Shown piece by piece: positions 25,101 to 40,100 of a stretch of DNA of 64,000 nt. A program made the position numbers and the translations under genes. How positions within the stretch are numbered: position 1 is the first letter of the stretch; every line of letters begins with the position of its first letter. The DNA is from Nageia nagi. Taxonomy: Eukaryota; Plantae; Pinophyta. The DNA is taken from NCBI GenBank assembly GCA_050084985.1, contig JBITNC010000002.1, positions 22,816,001-22,880,000 of the forward strand, read 5' to 3'. Below the pieces are notes generated by a model, which saw only the letters and a program-made list of their open reading frames with translations, searched no databases and was not told the origin of the DNA.

Positions 25101-28100
25101 ACAATGACTCTCCCCCGCCCCCACAAGTTATTGAAGGTAGAGATTAGAATCATAAGGACTCCTTAAAAGCCATGTTGTAGTAAGTTCTCATCAATGTTAA
25201 GTACCAAGCTCTTGGAGCTTGTTTTAAGCCATGCAAAGACTTTATCAATCTACACACTTTTCCTTTGCCTAGATCAACAACAAATCCTTCATGCTATTGC
25301 ATGTAGACTTCTTCCTCCAAGTCTCCGTTCAAGAAGGCACTCTCACATCTATATGATGGACTTTCTAGCTAACTTGTGCAACCATTGCAAACGCAATCCT
25401 GATGGTTTTCATCTTGGTTATGGAAGCAGAGGTCTCATAATCTATTCCTTCATCTTGGGCATATCCCTTTGCAACTAGTTGTGCCTTGTGTTTGTTGATT
25501 GTTGTATCAGCTTTGTACTTTGTCTTGAACACCCACTTGCACCCAATAGCTTTCTTCCTTGGTGGAAGATCTACTAATTCCCAATGTGCTATTTCTCATC
25601 AAGGCATCATACTTAGCCTTCATGGCTGATTTCCAATGGAGTAAATCAAAGGACTCACAAACCGTCTAAGGTTTAGAACTATTCACCATCGTGCTCATTA
25701 ATGCTAGATTCACTTCCTCTTGAGCCATGCTACATGTCCTTGGTCTAGAAGTAGAAGTGATTGGTAAAGCACTCAAATGTGAATCCTGCACTGTCCTCTT
25801 ATACTAAGTTGGTCGACTAGAGTGATAAGGTGGCAAACACATAATAGGATCTACTCCTCTCCCAACATCTTCATCGTCATGAATGATGATAGGATCACTA
25901 TCAAGAACAGGTGGCATTGCAAGTGGATTGGTTGGAGAATCACTAGTCTCATCGAAGATAACATCTTTGTTCACATATATCTTCCACGTAGTAGGATCCA
26001 TGAGCCTATAGCCTTTAGATTTGCTACCATATCTGAGAAGAATGTACCTCAAAGATTCGTCTTCCAACTACATTTGTTTCTCTTTGGGAATGTGCCTATA
26101 GGATGCAGCTTTGCTCCTCACCATCTCTACAATGGTAAGATTTTCTTCTTAAGGAAGTCCATTTTGTTGTGGTGTGTATAATGTGGTCAATTACTATTGA
26201 ATCCCATTATATTTCAAGAATGCAGAAAACTCGTTTGATGTGTACTCTCCCCCTCGATCTAAGCGGAGTACAAGGATTTGTTGACTAGTGGCATTCTCCA
26301 CACAAGCCTTGAACTCCTTGAAGTAGTCAAAGGTCTTTGACTTTGCTTTCAATCAATACACCCACATCTTCCAAAAGTAACCATCAATAAAAACAAGAAA
26401 TATCGGTAGCCAATGTGGTTGGCTTTAATGGGACACACAAATCAAAATGAATCACATTAAGAAGTCCCTTAGCACGATGGGTGCTATTCTAAAAAAGGTA
26501 CCCTATGTTGTTTTCCTACGATGCAAGAAGAACAAATAGGTGTAGGAGAAGTAAGAGAGGATAGACCATGGACCGTATTCTTCTGCTGCAAGGTAATCAA
26601 GTAGTTGGAATTAATGTGTCCATATCTGCAGTGCCAAAGAGTGGTGTCATTCAAAGCATTAACAGTTCGTGCCTGATAGTTGGAAGCCACAATCCGAGAA
26701 TCTTTTGATTCATCTTGAATGAGACAATGTTTCTTCCCATCCAAAGTATCAAACTTCACTCTGAGGTTGTGATCCAACATTTGATTGCCAAACAAGAGAT
26801 TCTTTATAAGTCCTGGCATATACAAGACTTCCTTAATCTGACAATTATGCTTCCCAAGACGAATTTGCACATCTCCTTTCCCCTCAATGGCATAGGGTGT
26901 GTCATCTCCCAATTGTACTTGACCAAGATAGGATTTCTCATCCAAAGAAATGAATGAATCCTTCTAGCCAATCAGGTGCTTGGTAGCACCAAAATCCACA
27001 TACCAAGTGGTGGTTATGGATGGTTGCTCTTAATGGCAAGAGCAAAATCTTTTGTCTCCTCTTCTTCTTCAGCAATAGCAACATTCCATTGTTGTTGTCC
27101 TTGTGGTCTTTGATTTCTCCATTCTCCTTTGTTCTTCGAACGAGGTCCTTTATGTTTTTGATTCTTATCACTCGAAAAGCCTTGAGTGAAAGAATTGTAC
27201 CAAAAATCTTACAATTCATGCCCATTCTTTTCACAAATCTAGCAACTCTTTTTCGATGTGTCAATGTATTATGACTTATTGTTTCCCTTTTGTTGCTTCT
27301 TGCCTTTCTGAGTGGACACCATTCCATGCTTTTCTTCATTCAAATTCTCGTGCAAGGCCTTTTCTTGTTGCAACATATTCACCAACTCTTCAAAGTTTGG
27401 CTTTTGTTTGGTGATGTTCAAGGATGTCACAAACATCTGATATGACTCCGAGAGTGCTCTCAAGACAATGGGTACAAGGAGCTTATCTTCCACCATCTCT
27501 CCTAATGCTTGTGGGGAGGCACATAGTTTTGCAACTCAATGAAGAAAAGAATCCAACTTCTCCCCCCACTTCAAATTTAAACTATGTAAATTTTCTTGAG
27601 GATGAAGAATTTAATTTTGATTAAAACACTTGCTGCAATTTTTTGCAAGCTTCAGTAGCATCCTTGGAATCACAAACATGGGGTTGGACATCATCCGAGA
27701 TTCCAAGGAGGATCATACACACCTTTTTGTTGCATTGGTCAAACTCTTTTTGTGGATCTCTTGCAATTTTTTAGGCATGTCTCAAGCCCATCAACAATGT
27801 CCCACAAGCCTTCAAATTCAAGAATGGCTTGAATTTTTGTTTTCTAAGCAACATAATTATTTCCTTTCAACACTTGAAAGTCATGGAGGAGGATTTTTGG
27901 AGCAGTTTGTGCCATTTTTCAACAAATATCAAGGATTTGTCCACTTTACATAGATCCTATATAGGATTTTCTAGGATCCAAGCCCAAAACTGCGAAATAG
28001 AGCCCAATTCATGGAGTATTTGATGGCTTTGACAACAAATTTCAATCTCTACTTTGGCAGATCAAGAAACTCCACATTGGTCACTCCTTTTCATAATGTG

Positions 28101-31100
28101 TACAGAAAGCATTCGATGCCCTTCAACAACATTCTTCTCGTCTGCAATGCACAATCTTCATTGTCTGCAATGCCCAATCTTCACCATCTACCGTAAAGAA
28201 TACTTCCACACCTCCATATCTTCGCAAGAAAGAAAAAAACTTCCATAAGCTTATTGGTGATATAGGGATAGCTTCTTACGAGAAGGCTATGATAACATGA
28301 AAGATTGGAATAACATACTTGCTTTATTACATTCCTAATGAGAATGCCTTGGGAAACGTTTTTTGGGTGTTCCTTGTTTTTGGGGAACAACCCACACATT
28401 CCCAGAAACGCCCTAGGGAGTGGGAAACCATTCCCTCTTTGTGGGTTCTTCAAGAATGCCAGGGAGAATGCCTAGCCATTCCTAGGAGCAGCCAAGGAAC
28501 GATTGGCCATTCCCGACAACATCTAGGGGTTCCCTAAGTTATGGGCAACCAATCAACTTGAAAAAAAAATCACTTCAAAATTAAAAAATAAAGTGCGAAA
28601 TTAAAAGGGGATAGGTCCCACTAACGCTGCTACCAAGGCTGCCCCCCCCCGGCAACCCCCCCCCCCAAAGCCGCATATCGATGCAACTGGCGCTTCACAT
28701 GTGAAGTAGGATCATCAAGGCGCGCACCACCATGCACCATGCATTGCTATACTACCACATCCATGCACCATCATGCAAAAGAACATCACTTTATACTCAC
28801 TTTTGGCATTTTGATTTGACATATTCATGTCAAAGTCTAGTCTATGTGTTTACTTAGTACTATTTAATTTTAGTATTTACAGTTTTATTACTATGATTTC
28901 AGACTTCAGTATTATTGTATTTCTGATTTAAGATTTCACATCAATCATTATCTACTAGACCAATTCAGACTTAATGATATTATGCGATGATTATGTCTAC
29001 AATCTTATGATTATTGATTATGGCTCATTTTGATATTCTGATTCATACATGATTTCTAATTTCAGTCCCAAGTTTTGTATAAATGACTGAATTGATAATA
29101 ATAATTAATTAGAAAGTAGAAACAATGAAATTTCAAAAATCTATAAAATTCTAGGATTTTTCACTAGTATTATATTAGTCATTCCCCCTTCCATTTCCAA
29201 GGCATTCCTAAAAATGATCTCCATCGTTCCCCGTTCCTAGGAATGTGTTCCTCTTCCAGGGGCCTTGTGGAACCTTGGAAAAAACAAATTAGAAAGAAAG
29301 CTCGATACCCAATCAAGGTCTGTAAGATATGAGAATAACTCTTCCATTACCATACAAACCTCTCCTATGGCACAAATAAATATTGTATTTTTGGCAACAA
29401 TAAATACATAAATCAAATAAGACAAGTCCTAGGACCTAGGATATATGCAATCCCTCTCTAAGTTCAAGCCATGTCAATTTGGCAGGCACTCATTGCTACA
29501 TAGTTCTCAAAAAAGCAGTTCTGTAAGAGAAATTAAATTAACTTTTGAAACCAATTATCCTAGTAAAACATTCATGGGGGCAGGATTTGTCATAAGAACA
29601 TCACTTTGGCAGCCTAAAGAATCTAAGTTTCTAACACTTAATAAAGCAAAATGAAAATCTTGTATTGTTAAGGAAGTTTAAACCCCACAATGATATAAAA
29701 TCACATCAATTATCTGACAACACTCTTGAAAGAACGCTAAAGCCAACCTACTACGCAGCATGTCACAAACATGGCTGGATATATTCCAAATCACAGAAGC
29801 CCATCCAACAATCAGATGAACCAGATTATGGATTCTTATTAAATATAAAATAGAATCTCGTCCACTGTTGTCTTGTAGTTTATAATGCAATGTATGAAAC
29901 AGTAACACAAAAACATAATATAGTAATATACACTGCGCCAATATGACTTCCATAGCAATATCGGCAACAAACAAGTAAGAAAAAATCAAGACACCGGTTA
30001 CCACAAATCATGTGCCAGCTAAAAGATGGTAATTTCTGAACCAAACAAAAAGAATCAAACAAATTGAACGGCACAATGTACTCAAATAACTTATCTTTGC
30101 TATAAAATGGTTCTCAACATTTAATGTGTATATCTAATATCTAGTTTATTTATCATAGGAAACATCACCTAGTCCCACTATGGAAGTCAAGATTTACATA
30201 GATATACACTGCTCCCTTACAGAATTGTCAACATGAAATGAATACCTATATATAGGTAGGGATGAAGGATGAATCTTATTACTTAATTGGATGTACAACA
30301 TGCATAATTGCATTCTAAATTGATTCACAAAAACTTCAATCCTTCATAAAAACTTATATGCACACCATTTTCTTTGCGCTAGATTTACCTAGACAGAAAT
30401 AAGAAGTCAAAAACTCACCAAAACTTGGGACAGACTGAGAATCACTAGATCCATGCTCCTTGGACGGTTGCACCAACGTGCACAGAGGATGTGAAAAGGT
30501 GTCCCTACATTCAACAACATGATATGTCAGTAACATTGGTTAGAAAGTGTCACAAACTTTCTTGAAATTCTAGGCATCAAAGTTTTTTTGTTGGCTTTTA
30601 GTGCTGATGACCAGGGTAGTAATGTCCAATATGGGTGCTTCCACAATCAGTAGAAAGAAAAGCATATGCTCAATCTCAAGATAAGTACCATCTCAGAATG
30701 ATAAATGGACCAATCCAAATATTTTGCATCAAGCCGTTTAAGAATGAAAGAGCATACAGAACAGCTGAGTAAGTTCTCCGTGTGCATCAATAGAGCAAAG
30801 CTCAATGTCTAAATAAGAATCTAGGAAAATCAGTCACATTCAGAGGGTAATACTTGATGTTAAATTATTGAACAATTCCGTTAACTGTTGTGATCCTAGA
30901 CACAAAATATAATTTATGTTAGGAGTTAGGTGAATTTTGTTTGTTAGTTCAAGGTCCTAGTCATTAGCTATTACGGAGAAATAAAGTGTCTTGTGGTTCA
31001 ATGTATCTAGACCTCATTATGTATCTTCTAGAACAAGCATCCTTTTACTATAAATAAGAATGCTATCTATGTAAAAGGTATATATTCATTTGTCACATAT

Positions 31101-34100
31101 TGGAAGAGTGATCTCTTCCAACTACGGAGCTGCAGGGGCAAAGACAGTCCATATTGGGTGTACAGGTGTTCCCATTCCTATTTTGATGCTATCTCATATG
31201 AAACTCAGGCTACCTGGCAGGCTGAGGCTTACATTTAATTACAAGCATCTCTATTTTTATTTTCCTTAACTTTATCATCCTGGATAGCCAAGTTTTCTGT
31301 GTATATATTATCCCACTATGAGATCTAGGCTACTGGGTGCTTATATTTAATTGTAAAGCACCACTTTTATATATTTTGTTAAGTTTCATGTAAAAATGTT
31401 GCAGTACATAATCTTTCCACACTTCAGGAGCAACAGAAAACATTGGTATTAAAAGTACAAAATCATATTGATGATTATTACAACTGAAAACTTGAGACAG
31501 CAAAATCAGACTAAAAGAATCACACAAAACATGTCACTGACCAACACACCAGTGACACCACATCCAAGATTAGGACGCCATTTTTCGTAGTTGACCAAAC
31601 AGAAAAAGAATCAAGAAAACACATTAGTTGTATCTGCATCATTCAAGAAATAGGTAACAAGGCAATTCTTTACAAAAAGAATATTTCAAAGAATGGCTAG
31701 ATTTTGTAAGCAAGCACTTGATGAAAAAACTCAAGCATACAGCAATCATTAATTTGTTGTAGTAGGTTAATGGCCAGCTACTAAAGCTGCATTCTGCACC
31801 ATGAAACCAGTTACTTTGGCGCCATATTTAGTATATCAATGTGTTTATGTGGGTGATCAATTCTGCAAATCTAAGAATTTTTTCTGAATCAAACTAGCCT
31901 CGAGCAGAAACATCTCTGCAATGGTATTCTCTAAAGCTTTCCTTCATTTCTTGATAATTGATGGAAAGTGGAAACCATGTTTTGGATTCAATGAATAAGC
32001 TGCCATCTGAAGAAAGTTTTATATTGCCCGATATCCTTTGTCTAATTGCCATTAAAAGCCACAATTGGATTTTTGGCTATATGGTATCATATGTATGTGT
32101 TTATATTCTCCAATTTCCTTTGTCTAATTGCTTGAAATTCAATTAAAAGCCACAATTAGATTCATAACTGCATCGTATCACATGTGTATAGTTTGTGGCT
32201 ACATAGTGAATAACCTGTACAAATAGGGTTGTGCAACTGCAGACACTACAGCAGCCTCCCTAAACTCATCAGCTGCCTTCAACTTAACCTTACTGCCTTA
32301 ACCTGACTTTGGACAATTTCAACTTAAACCCAGCAACTTTGCCTACATCTTTAGTGTATTGTTGAGTGCAAGCATACAGCATGTGGTCACATTTTCCTAG
32401 CTCCATGAAAAACATGTGCCTCACCTAGGACAACCTCCACATTGAATCGTCCTCTAATACATCATGAAAAAGCTTGAAATGGAAAACGTTAAGCTAGAAT
32501 GAATGAAGTGATCACAGAAGCTTAGATGCCAACATGAGACGGCAAGCTGCCGGTGACGTAATACAGATGAAAAGGTTGAACTCTTGGAGGTAGTTCAGTT
32601 GAAGTGGCGTTCGGTTGAAGTGGCAGAAGCATCAGTTGAACCAACAGTGGGCAATGTAAAAAGACCATTAAGCGGCAAGATAATGGTTACAGAAGTGGTG
32701 CTGATTGAGTAGTGGACCACGGGACCGTCAACCTCTGTCTTCAGACTCTCCCCAAAACCTAACCTCTTCAATAGGCACCAGCTAAGGCTTTTGGTGGTGC
32801 CGTAGCACTGCAGTGAGTTAACAAAACTGGCAACTCTACTGTGGGGAAAGGTTCAATTTTCGCCCTTGGCAGTTTACTCACCTCATGCCACATGGTCAAC
32901 CCTATCCCTTGTTGGAGCTCTCACCTCGAGGAACTGAACTATTGAATTGTAGGACCCTCAAGCTCTGCCTTCAGGCTCTCCCCAGAACCTAACCTCCTTG
33001 GCAGGTGCCTCCACCACCAGCTCAGACATTTGGTTCAACAGTAGCAATCCGGTGTGTTTAAAGTGCCTAAGGTGGCATGCAGAGATGTGAAAACAACAAA
33101 GATCGTAGGTATCGCAAGTGCATCAACAATTCAAAGAGCAGCGACAGGAGGAGGTGCAAGGGATGGTCGATTAGCCACTACCCATGATGATGTCCGCTGT
33201 GTACCTTGAGCATATATGGCAATAATGAAAATATATATGACTTTTTCTTAAGGTTATATGGATTACAACCATGTAGCGTAGTTTTTTGTATAGACATATA
33301 CAAAATTGATGGAGTGCTTTGACCCATGTTGTAAGTTTGTCTCCTCTTGTTTGGTTGGTTGGTTAAAGATTATATGCAAGGTAGTAACTTTAAGCATGGC
33401 CAGAGGATCCAAGTTACTCTTGTATGAAGATCTTATATAAAGATGCAATCATTCTTAAGAAAAATGATTTACTAAAGAGATCATTTTTAAGAATTTTTCT
33501 TAATAAAATCAAATGTTTCTTAACTGATATTGCTATATCAGATAATAAACATGATTGAATAAATATATTTACGCCGAGAGGCGTTTCTACAGCTGCAGCA
33601 TGGAGGTGGAGTGGGGGAGCAAAATGTCGCATGTGAGTCCGTCCGTTAAACAATTAGCGGGAAAATAATTTTTTTAAAATTAAAAATTTTAAGCCGACTG
33701 AAATATTAAAAGACACATCTTTTCAAAAATTATTATATAAATGGAAGGAAGAATATCCAACATCATAAAAATTCATTCCCAAATCAATCAAGAGATGCAG
33801 TGAATTCGAACAAGCAAAGTTGGAACAAAAGATTGTAAAAACAGAAGAGAACTTTAATTTTATTGTAAGTTAATTCTCTGCTATTGTAAATATATTTTTA
33901 CTGTAATATTTCTTATTTCTTATTTTACATACAATTTATACTCTGAATTCTTTTGCGCTTCTTATTTTACTGATATATCAATACCAAGAAATGAGATAGG
34001 TGCCTCGAAATGATATCTCTCGGCGTTTTTTGATATATAAGGGGTTATATCAAAGCTAGTATTAATATTCCGACATGTAATCTCACATATTTGTAAATAT

Positions 34101-37100
34101 GGAAATGTTTTATTGCTATTTACTTTAATTTCATTAATTCATATTAGTTTAAAAATAAAATAACATTTGGTGAATTATTAAAAGGTCTGTTATATTCTAT
34201 TTACTTTTATTCCAGTTTTTATCTTATAGATATTATACACAAACAGATAGAGTGACATCGGATTGCAATGAAACTCCCTTGGCTATAACTACAGATTACC
34301 TCTTAGCATTAAATATATTAAAAGGTTCAATTAGGATCAAATTTAGTATTTGCATAGACTAAAATTTAATAATATGCAAACTAAATAAAACTTATAGACT
34401 TAATAATAACCAAAATATAGTCGAAAAAGATGAATTTATCAATAGAATATATATAATCGTTCATGTACATAAATTAAAAAAATAACAAAGGCTACAACTG
34501 TATATGTAACCATTGAAGCTACCCGCACACAGGACTTCGATAGGGATATACTATTGCAAATAAGCTCATCCCTTAAGAAGATCTGCTAAGTGACTTTCAA
34601 GCATAGAGTTGTCCAATTGAATGAATTTCTAAGATCTGGAGAGACTTTTTTCAAGATTCCATTCCCAAAAGCATTCTGTCCTAGGATTACATTCATTTAA
34701 GCAAAGACTAGAATAAAGTTTAATTCAAGCCAGTCATGTATCAAAGCTATGATTTGAGGTTTCAACGTGCAATTTTTCTCCCGTTAATAATGTGCATTAT
34801 TTAATATACTAAAAAAAGACCGAACTTAAAATTTGTGTAGTGAAAGTTCAGCCTGAGGCTTGTCTTGTCCAGGTTCTAGTTTTCAACCAAACCTGAAAAA
34901 TAATTTAGCAAGAAACATACATGTTATAAAACTTGCATAGGAGATCTTAAGATTCTCAACTCATTCAGCATGCCTGTTAAAATTGTCAGCACCTTGCATA
35001 CCTCCAGAAATAAATTATTCAATGCAAGACCAAGTCCACCAGTTTAAATTGAACATTGTCAAGTTGCCACGACTGACAGGAAACATTAACATGATCTCCA
35101 AACTCACCAAAGAGAAAATCCACCAACCATGATGTGAGTCATTATCTTTGTCAGTTCTCCACCTGAAACGCTGACCTGCTAAAAGCATTTAAGATTTTAG
35201 CATGTGACTCCCAAATGCAAAAAATTATACAATTTTGTGGCGACTACCACAGAATATTGATTCTTACCCGAGAAAAGTGCAATGACTGGATCAGAAGCTC
35301 AAGCTGAAATTCTGATCAGAAAATCAAAATTGGCATAAAGGAAACTTGCTTACATTGACTTCAAATCAGGTATGAAAGTCAATAATTGTTCTCCCAAGTA
35401 GAATTCTAAATATGAAGCTGTATGGAACTTAAATCAAAAAGCAAACTACATATAATACATGGGATTGGAGCACGAATATAACTTTTAACTTATTCACAAA
35501 CCAGAAACATAATAGATTACTCACCAGAATCTTTGATGCAAAGGAATATGTGGTCAAGTACAACTGCCACCACAGACCGACTTGCTGTTTCACCAGATTT
35601 CTGCGACAAGGAAATTCAAGTGGTCATTCCCCTTGAAAAATACATATCTACTTGAGAGCATTCTCAGTGACTGCTATATAAGACTAAAGTTCAACATTTC
35701 TAAAAATTGAGCAATCAAGGTTATGATATTTCAAAAATACAAAACAATAGTATATAGTATATACCATATAATTACATAATTTTCCCATTTATTTTGGAAT
35801 TCATATGTCAAACCTGTATGGTTATAGGGCCCACATCACCCCTATTCAAGCAAACATAAAACCCTGTCATAAAGCGTAGAAGAGCACGAAGGCCTGTGGC
35901 AAGATGACAACATTCAAATTATGACATAGTGGCAAGATCTGAATAGAACACTTTATGTGCAAGAGATAGAACTCTTGCGACAACATCAATTTGAAGATGA
36001 GAGCAAGCAAACTTCAATATTTATTTCTTTTACAAATTATTGCAGATACGCTACCGATTACAGTGGAACCTAAGCCTCAATTTCTCATCAATTCAAAGTT
36101 CAAATCAAGAAGATTTTAATGTTTATTTTTTTGCAAAAGATTTGGGATGCATTATCCATTCTAGTGGAAGTGAAATCTACAATGAAACAAAATAAAATCC
36201 ATGAAATGTGAAGCAAAGGAACCTATATTATATGTTTACTCAATCATCCAATCATATCCTACCACTAAATTTGCTACAAACCTGGCTCACTTAAAGCTGG
36301 ACACAATGCTTCTGGAACATGCAATTGAACTTCAAGACCAAGTGGGTTATTGTGCTCAGTCCTCTGTATTGTGATCTGAAATTTAAAACCAAGAAAAACA
36401 AATAAGAAGAGGTCATGGCTAATTGATAAAATTAAAAGTTTGGTATATCTCCTGGGATAATATGCATTTCTGATAGAATGTCACCAATTAAATCTTATCA
36501 AAGTTGAGATGAAAAAACATATATACATAGGCTTGCCCTGATATGTTGTCAAGAAATCGTTCACCGCCGAAGAACAACCTCTTAGCACCATCATCATCAC
36601 GTCTGTTATCTCCAAGTGTCATACATTCATCACTGAACATATCCGGATGAGGAAGAAGATCAACAGATAACGAATCCCATTCCAATTTCTGTAATAATAA
36701 GGTACACATTTTTTCAGAATAGCCAAGCAGACACAATTTTAGGCACCATCCATCAGAATAAGCACAAATGGTTGTGCAAATTGATGTATACACAGTAATG
36801 CAAATAAATGTTTACAATATCAATGTTTGGGAATTGCATTCTGAAGAGGTAAACGTTTACCTTAAAAACATAAATGCATTTTTCGTTACTGAAGAAATCT
36901 CTTGCCTCCTTAAGGTTCACAACCTGTAAACGTGAATGCTCAAATCATACTGTAATGTTTTAAAAAGGGAAAATGAATGGAATCGGATATTATGAGAAAA
37001 TGGCATGAATCGAGCACAGTATAAATATTGGCAACACACCTGCCAGTTTTCATTTGTTGTGTATAGGAGAAGATTGCGAATTGTAATTGATGCCATTGGA

Positions 37101-40100
37101 GGGGTCCTGCTCATTTCATGTAAACATTGTAAAGTGCTTAGAAGTAAACTCTTGAAAATAAGGCTCAAATTAGAAATTAATCAAACAGAATGCCTAAAGA
37201 TATCGATGTTGACCAGTGATGCATCCAAGACACACTACCTCAAAATAGATGCAAACTAATAAAGCAACTTTAACACAAAGTAAAACCCATGTTTTAAGCC
37301 AAATCGAATTTGGGATTCAAATATAAGCAATTTACCTAATAACTTCTCCTACACATAAATGCATCTCATTCATGCAGATTATAACCAACTGAGCAATTTT
37401 CTGTGACAGAAACATGTCAGTTAGATGTGTATATCCATTTGGTTCAGTAACGTGAGTATGGAAATGTCAGTCACAATCAGAAAAGCTTGAACATTTGTCC
37501 AACAATCTTTTGAAAAGGGATTCTGCTATGATCTGCAATCTGTTAATCTGTTCAGAAAGTTAGATAAACTTTATCAACTACAGATTGGAATTTTACATTT
37601 TTGTTCTCCATATCCTTAAAAGAACTCTGTTCTTCAAGAAGAAAAAATTAAAATCTATGCAATTTGGCAATTAATATACTGAGACACCCACAGAGGTATT
37701 TACTAGCAAAGAAAAACTGAAAAAAATATTGGTGACTGTTGAAACCCTATAAGGTTTGTACTCTGAAGTACCTCCATTTTAGATGTTATGGCAACTCAAG
37801 GCCTCGGAACTGTAACTCAGATGCACATTTGTCCTTGCAATGTAATCATCGTGGGCTTGTCGAACTGTTCATATTTCTATTGGACTTCTCTGCTGCGTAC
37901 TTGGACCCAGCTGCTAACTATGCTTAATGGAAGGAAAACAGCAAAGACAAGTCACCCAAACAGTATCAACAGGTTTCCAAGGCAACATAACTGTCGAGTC
38001 AACTGATAGTATTGTTTCAACCAGGCAGATCAGACCATGCACTAATCAGGTAACACCCGAATTGCCATGCAGCCAGGGCCCAGAGTCAGGTAACAGACCA
38101 GGTCAGGCACATGGATAGATCCCCAAATTTCCATACTCGATAGTGGAGTTGTCCACAATAAAGCTAATGATTTTTAGTAGGGTTGGGCCCCAACCCAACA
38201 GCCACACATATACATGGCCAGGTCCTTGGGTACCAAGGATAACAAATCAGGTCCATCGGCACCTAGGTTAACAAATCAGGTCCCACGACCAGAACAGATC
38301 CCCTCGCACAAACAGATGAGGTCATCCCATCTATAGAGAAGATGTAGTGATGACCATGAAGACTCAATATGTACCATGTCACCTAGGCACCTTGAAGGTC
38401 TGGACCTGATGAAAGGTATGTGAACAATCAAATCCAAAAGCAAAGGGTAAGTTAGCTAGACCCAAGGTTGCTGAATTGGTTGAAGAGGCCAATTCTTGGA
38501 CATTTTATAGTATTATATTGCAATTATAGAAAAGTTTCTTCTGAGGCGTTTCTCCCATCTGGATTAATGTCTTTACTACCTGTGAATGAGCACATTTGAA
38601 GATGTACTCTGTTTAAAGTGCAGAGTTTTTGTTTTCATTTTTAAAGAATAGAGTAGGCAAAATACTGTTGTTATTGAATTAAAAGAAACCTTAAAGATCA
38701 ATCAACAAACTTATAAAAGCTTTAAAATGTAACTGAAAACATTAAGAAATTACATGTAACTCTCAAGACTGTCGAACACATTACAGCACTTTGATTATAA
38801 TAATTGATAAATGATTTTAAAACAAATATTAAATATAAAATTGGTTTGCCAAGAGCACACATCTTGATGATATATCAACAAAATATCTCCCTATACAGAC
38901 AGGCTGAAATAGAAACATTGTTTTGATGTTCAGAAATAACAAGAGTAGATCAATAGGACTTGGAAGTACATCAACTGGGAATCCGAAAGGAACTCTCACA
39001 ACTAAATGGCAACTTAAAGGTCAAATCAGTAGCAACAGGAGATTTACATTCAAGCTGTCAATCAGTTTTTCAGTTCTCACATATCCCAGCCAATTAAATG
39101 CCAGTTACATTTATAAAAATAGTATCTAGATTTATAATTTAAGGTACCCTTCCAAGTGTGCTTTTTACAAGAATGTGCATGTTACAATCTGTGGTTCTCC
39201 AAAGAATTATCAGAAAATCTTTTCTACCATGATATCACATTCTTCAACTGCACTCACCCTAGATATTTTGGTATGTTTACCTGTAGTTTAGGTGGCCAAT
39301 GCCCATCACAAACAAAATGATTGAATTACAATCTTTACAATTAACATATTAGTTTCTTACACTAAACCTGTTAGAATATACGAGTATCATCTCCCAGACT
39401 GCAATAAATAGTATTATGACAGATGCTACAGTTGCCATTCAAAGTTACTGAATTAGTACTTGTATTTTTACTACATGACCATAAGCAAAAACATTTAAGA
39501 TACCTAACAGCAGGTTCAATTTCTCTTGGTATAGAAAAATGTAGCTTTTTTAAATAAAACAATGAAGTGAACAAAGCTAAAAAAGCTATTCTCGAAACAA
39601 TGATTATGGAATTAGAACTGTCTGAGCCTTTCCCTTATTATGACATAGAAAATAGTATTTAAGAATGAAATTACCAGGTCGCTCCTCCTCGGCATCCTGC
39701 ACCTCCACATGTTTCCAGCATTATATTAACAGTCTGAACTTCCAATGTCATACCATCTGCAATCTGGAAGAAGTCCCAATATTTTAGCAACAAGCATATT
39801 TTGGTAAAAAATTGATTATGTCAACACAAGCAACAATATTGATAACCACAAAAGGAAAACAATATTGTATGAATGAATTGTAAATAGGCTGTCTCAACTG
39901 TAAAATATTCCCTATTTATCCTAAAAAGATCTTCCACTCAATCATCATTGATGCCATAAGTTACAGACATAAGTTTTTTGCTTGCTACCAAATTTCCATT
40001 GTGCTAAACAAGCACTTAGAATCTCAACTCAATACAGGTTTCAATTGAGACATCTAGTTCTAGCCTACCTTCTTTTATGACAACGCATCTCCACCACCAA

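Noticed and set aside
31080-31240. Cassandra-type LTR with embedded 5S rRNA
   Set aside because: No 5S A/C-box sequence is recognisable.
37730-38510. GC-richer block in intron 5, possible LTR remnant
   Set aside because: No TG..CA ends with a TSD and no partner copy, so not annotated.
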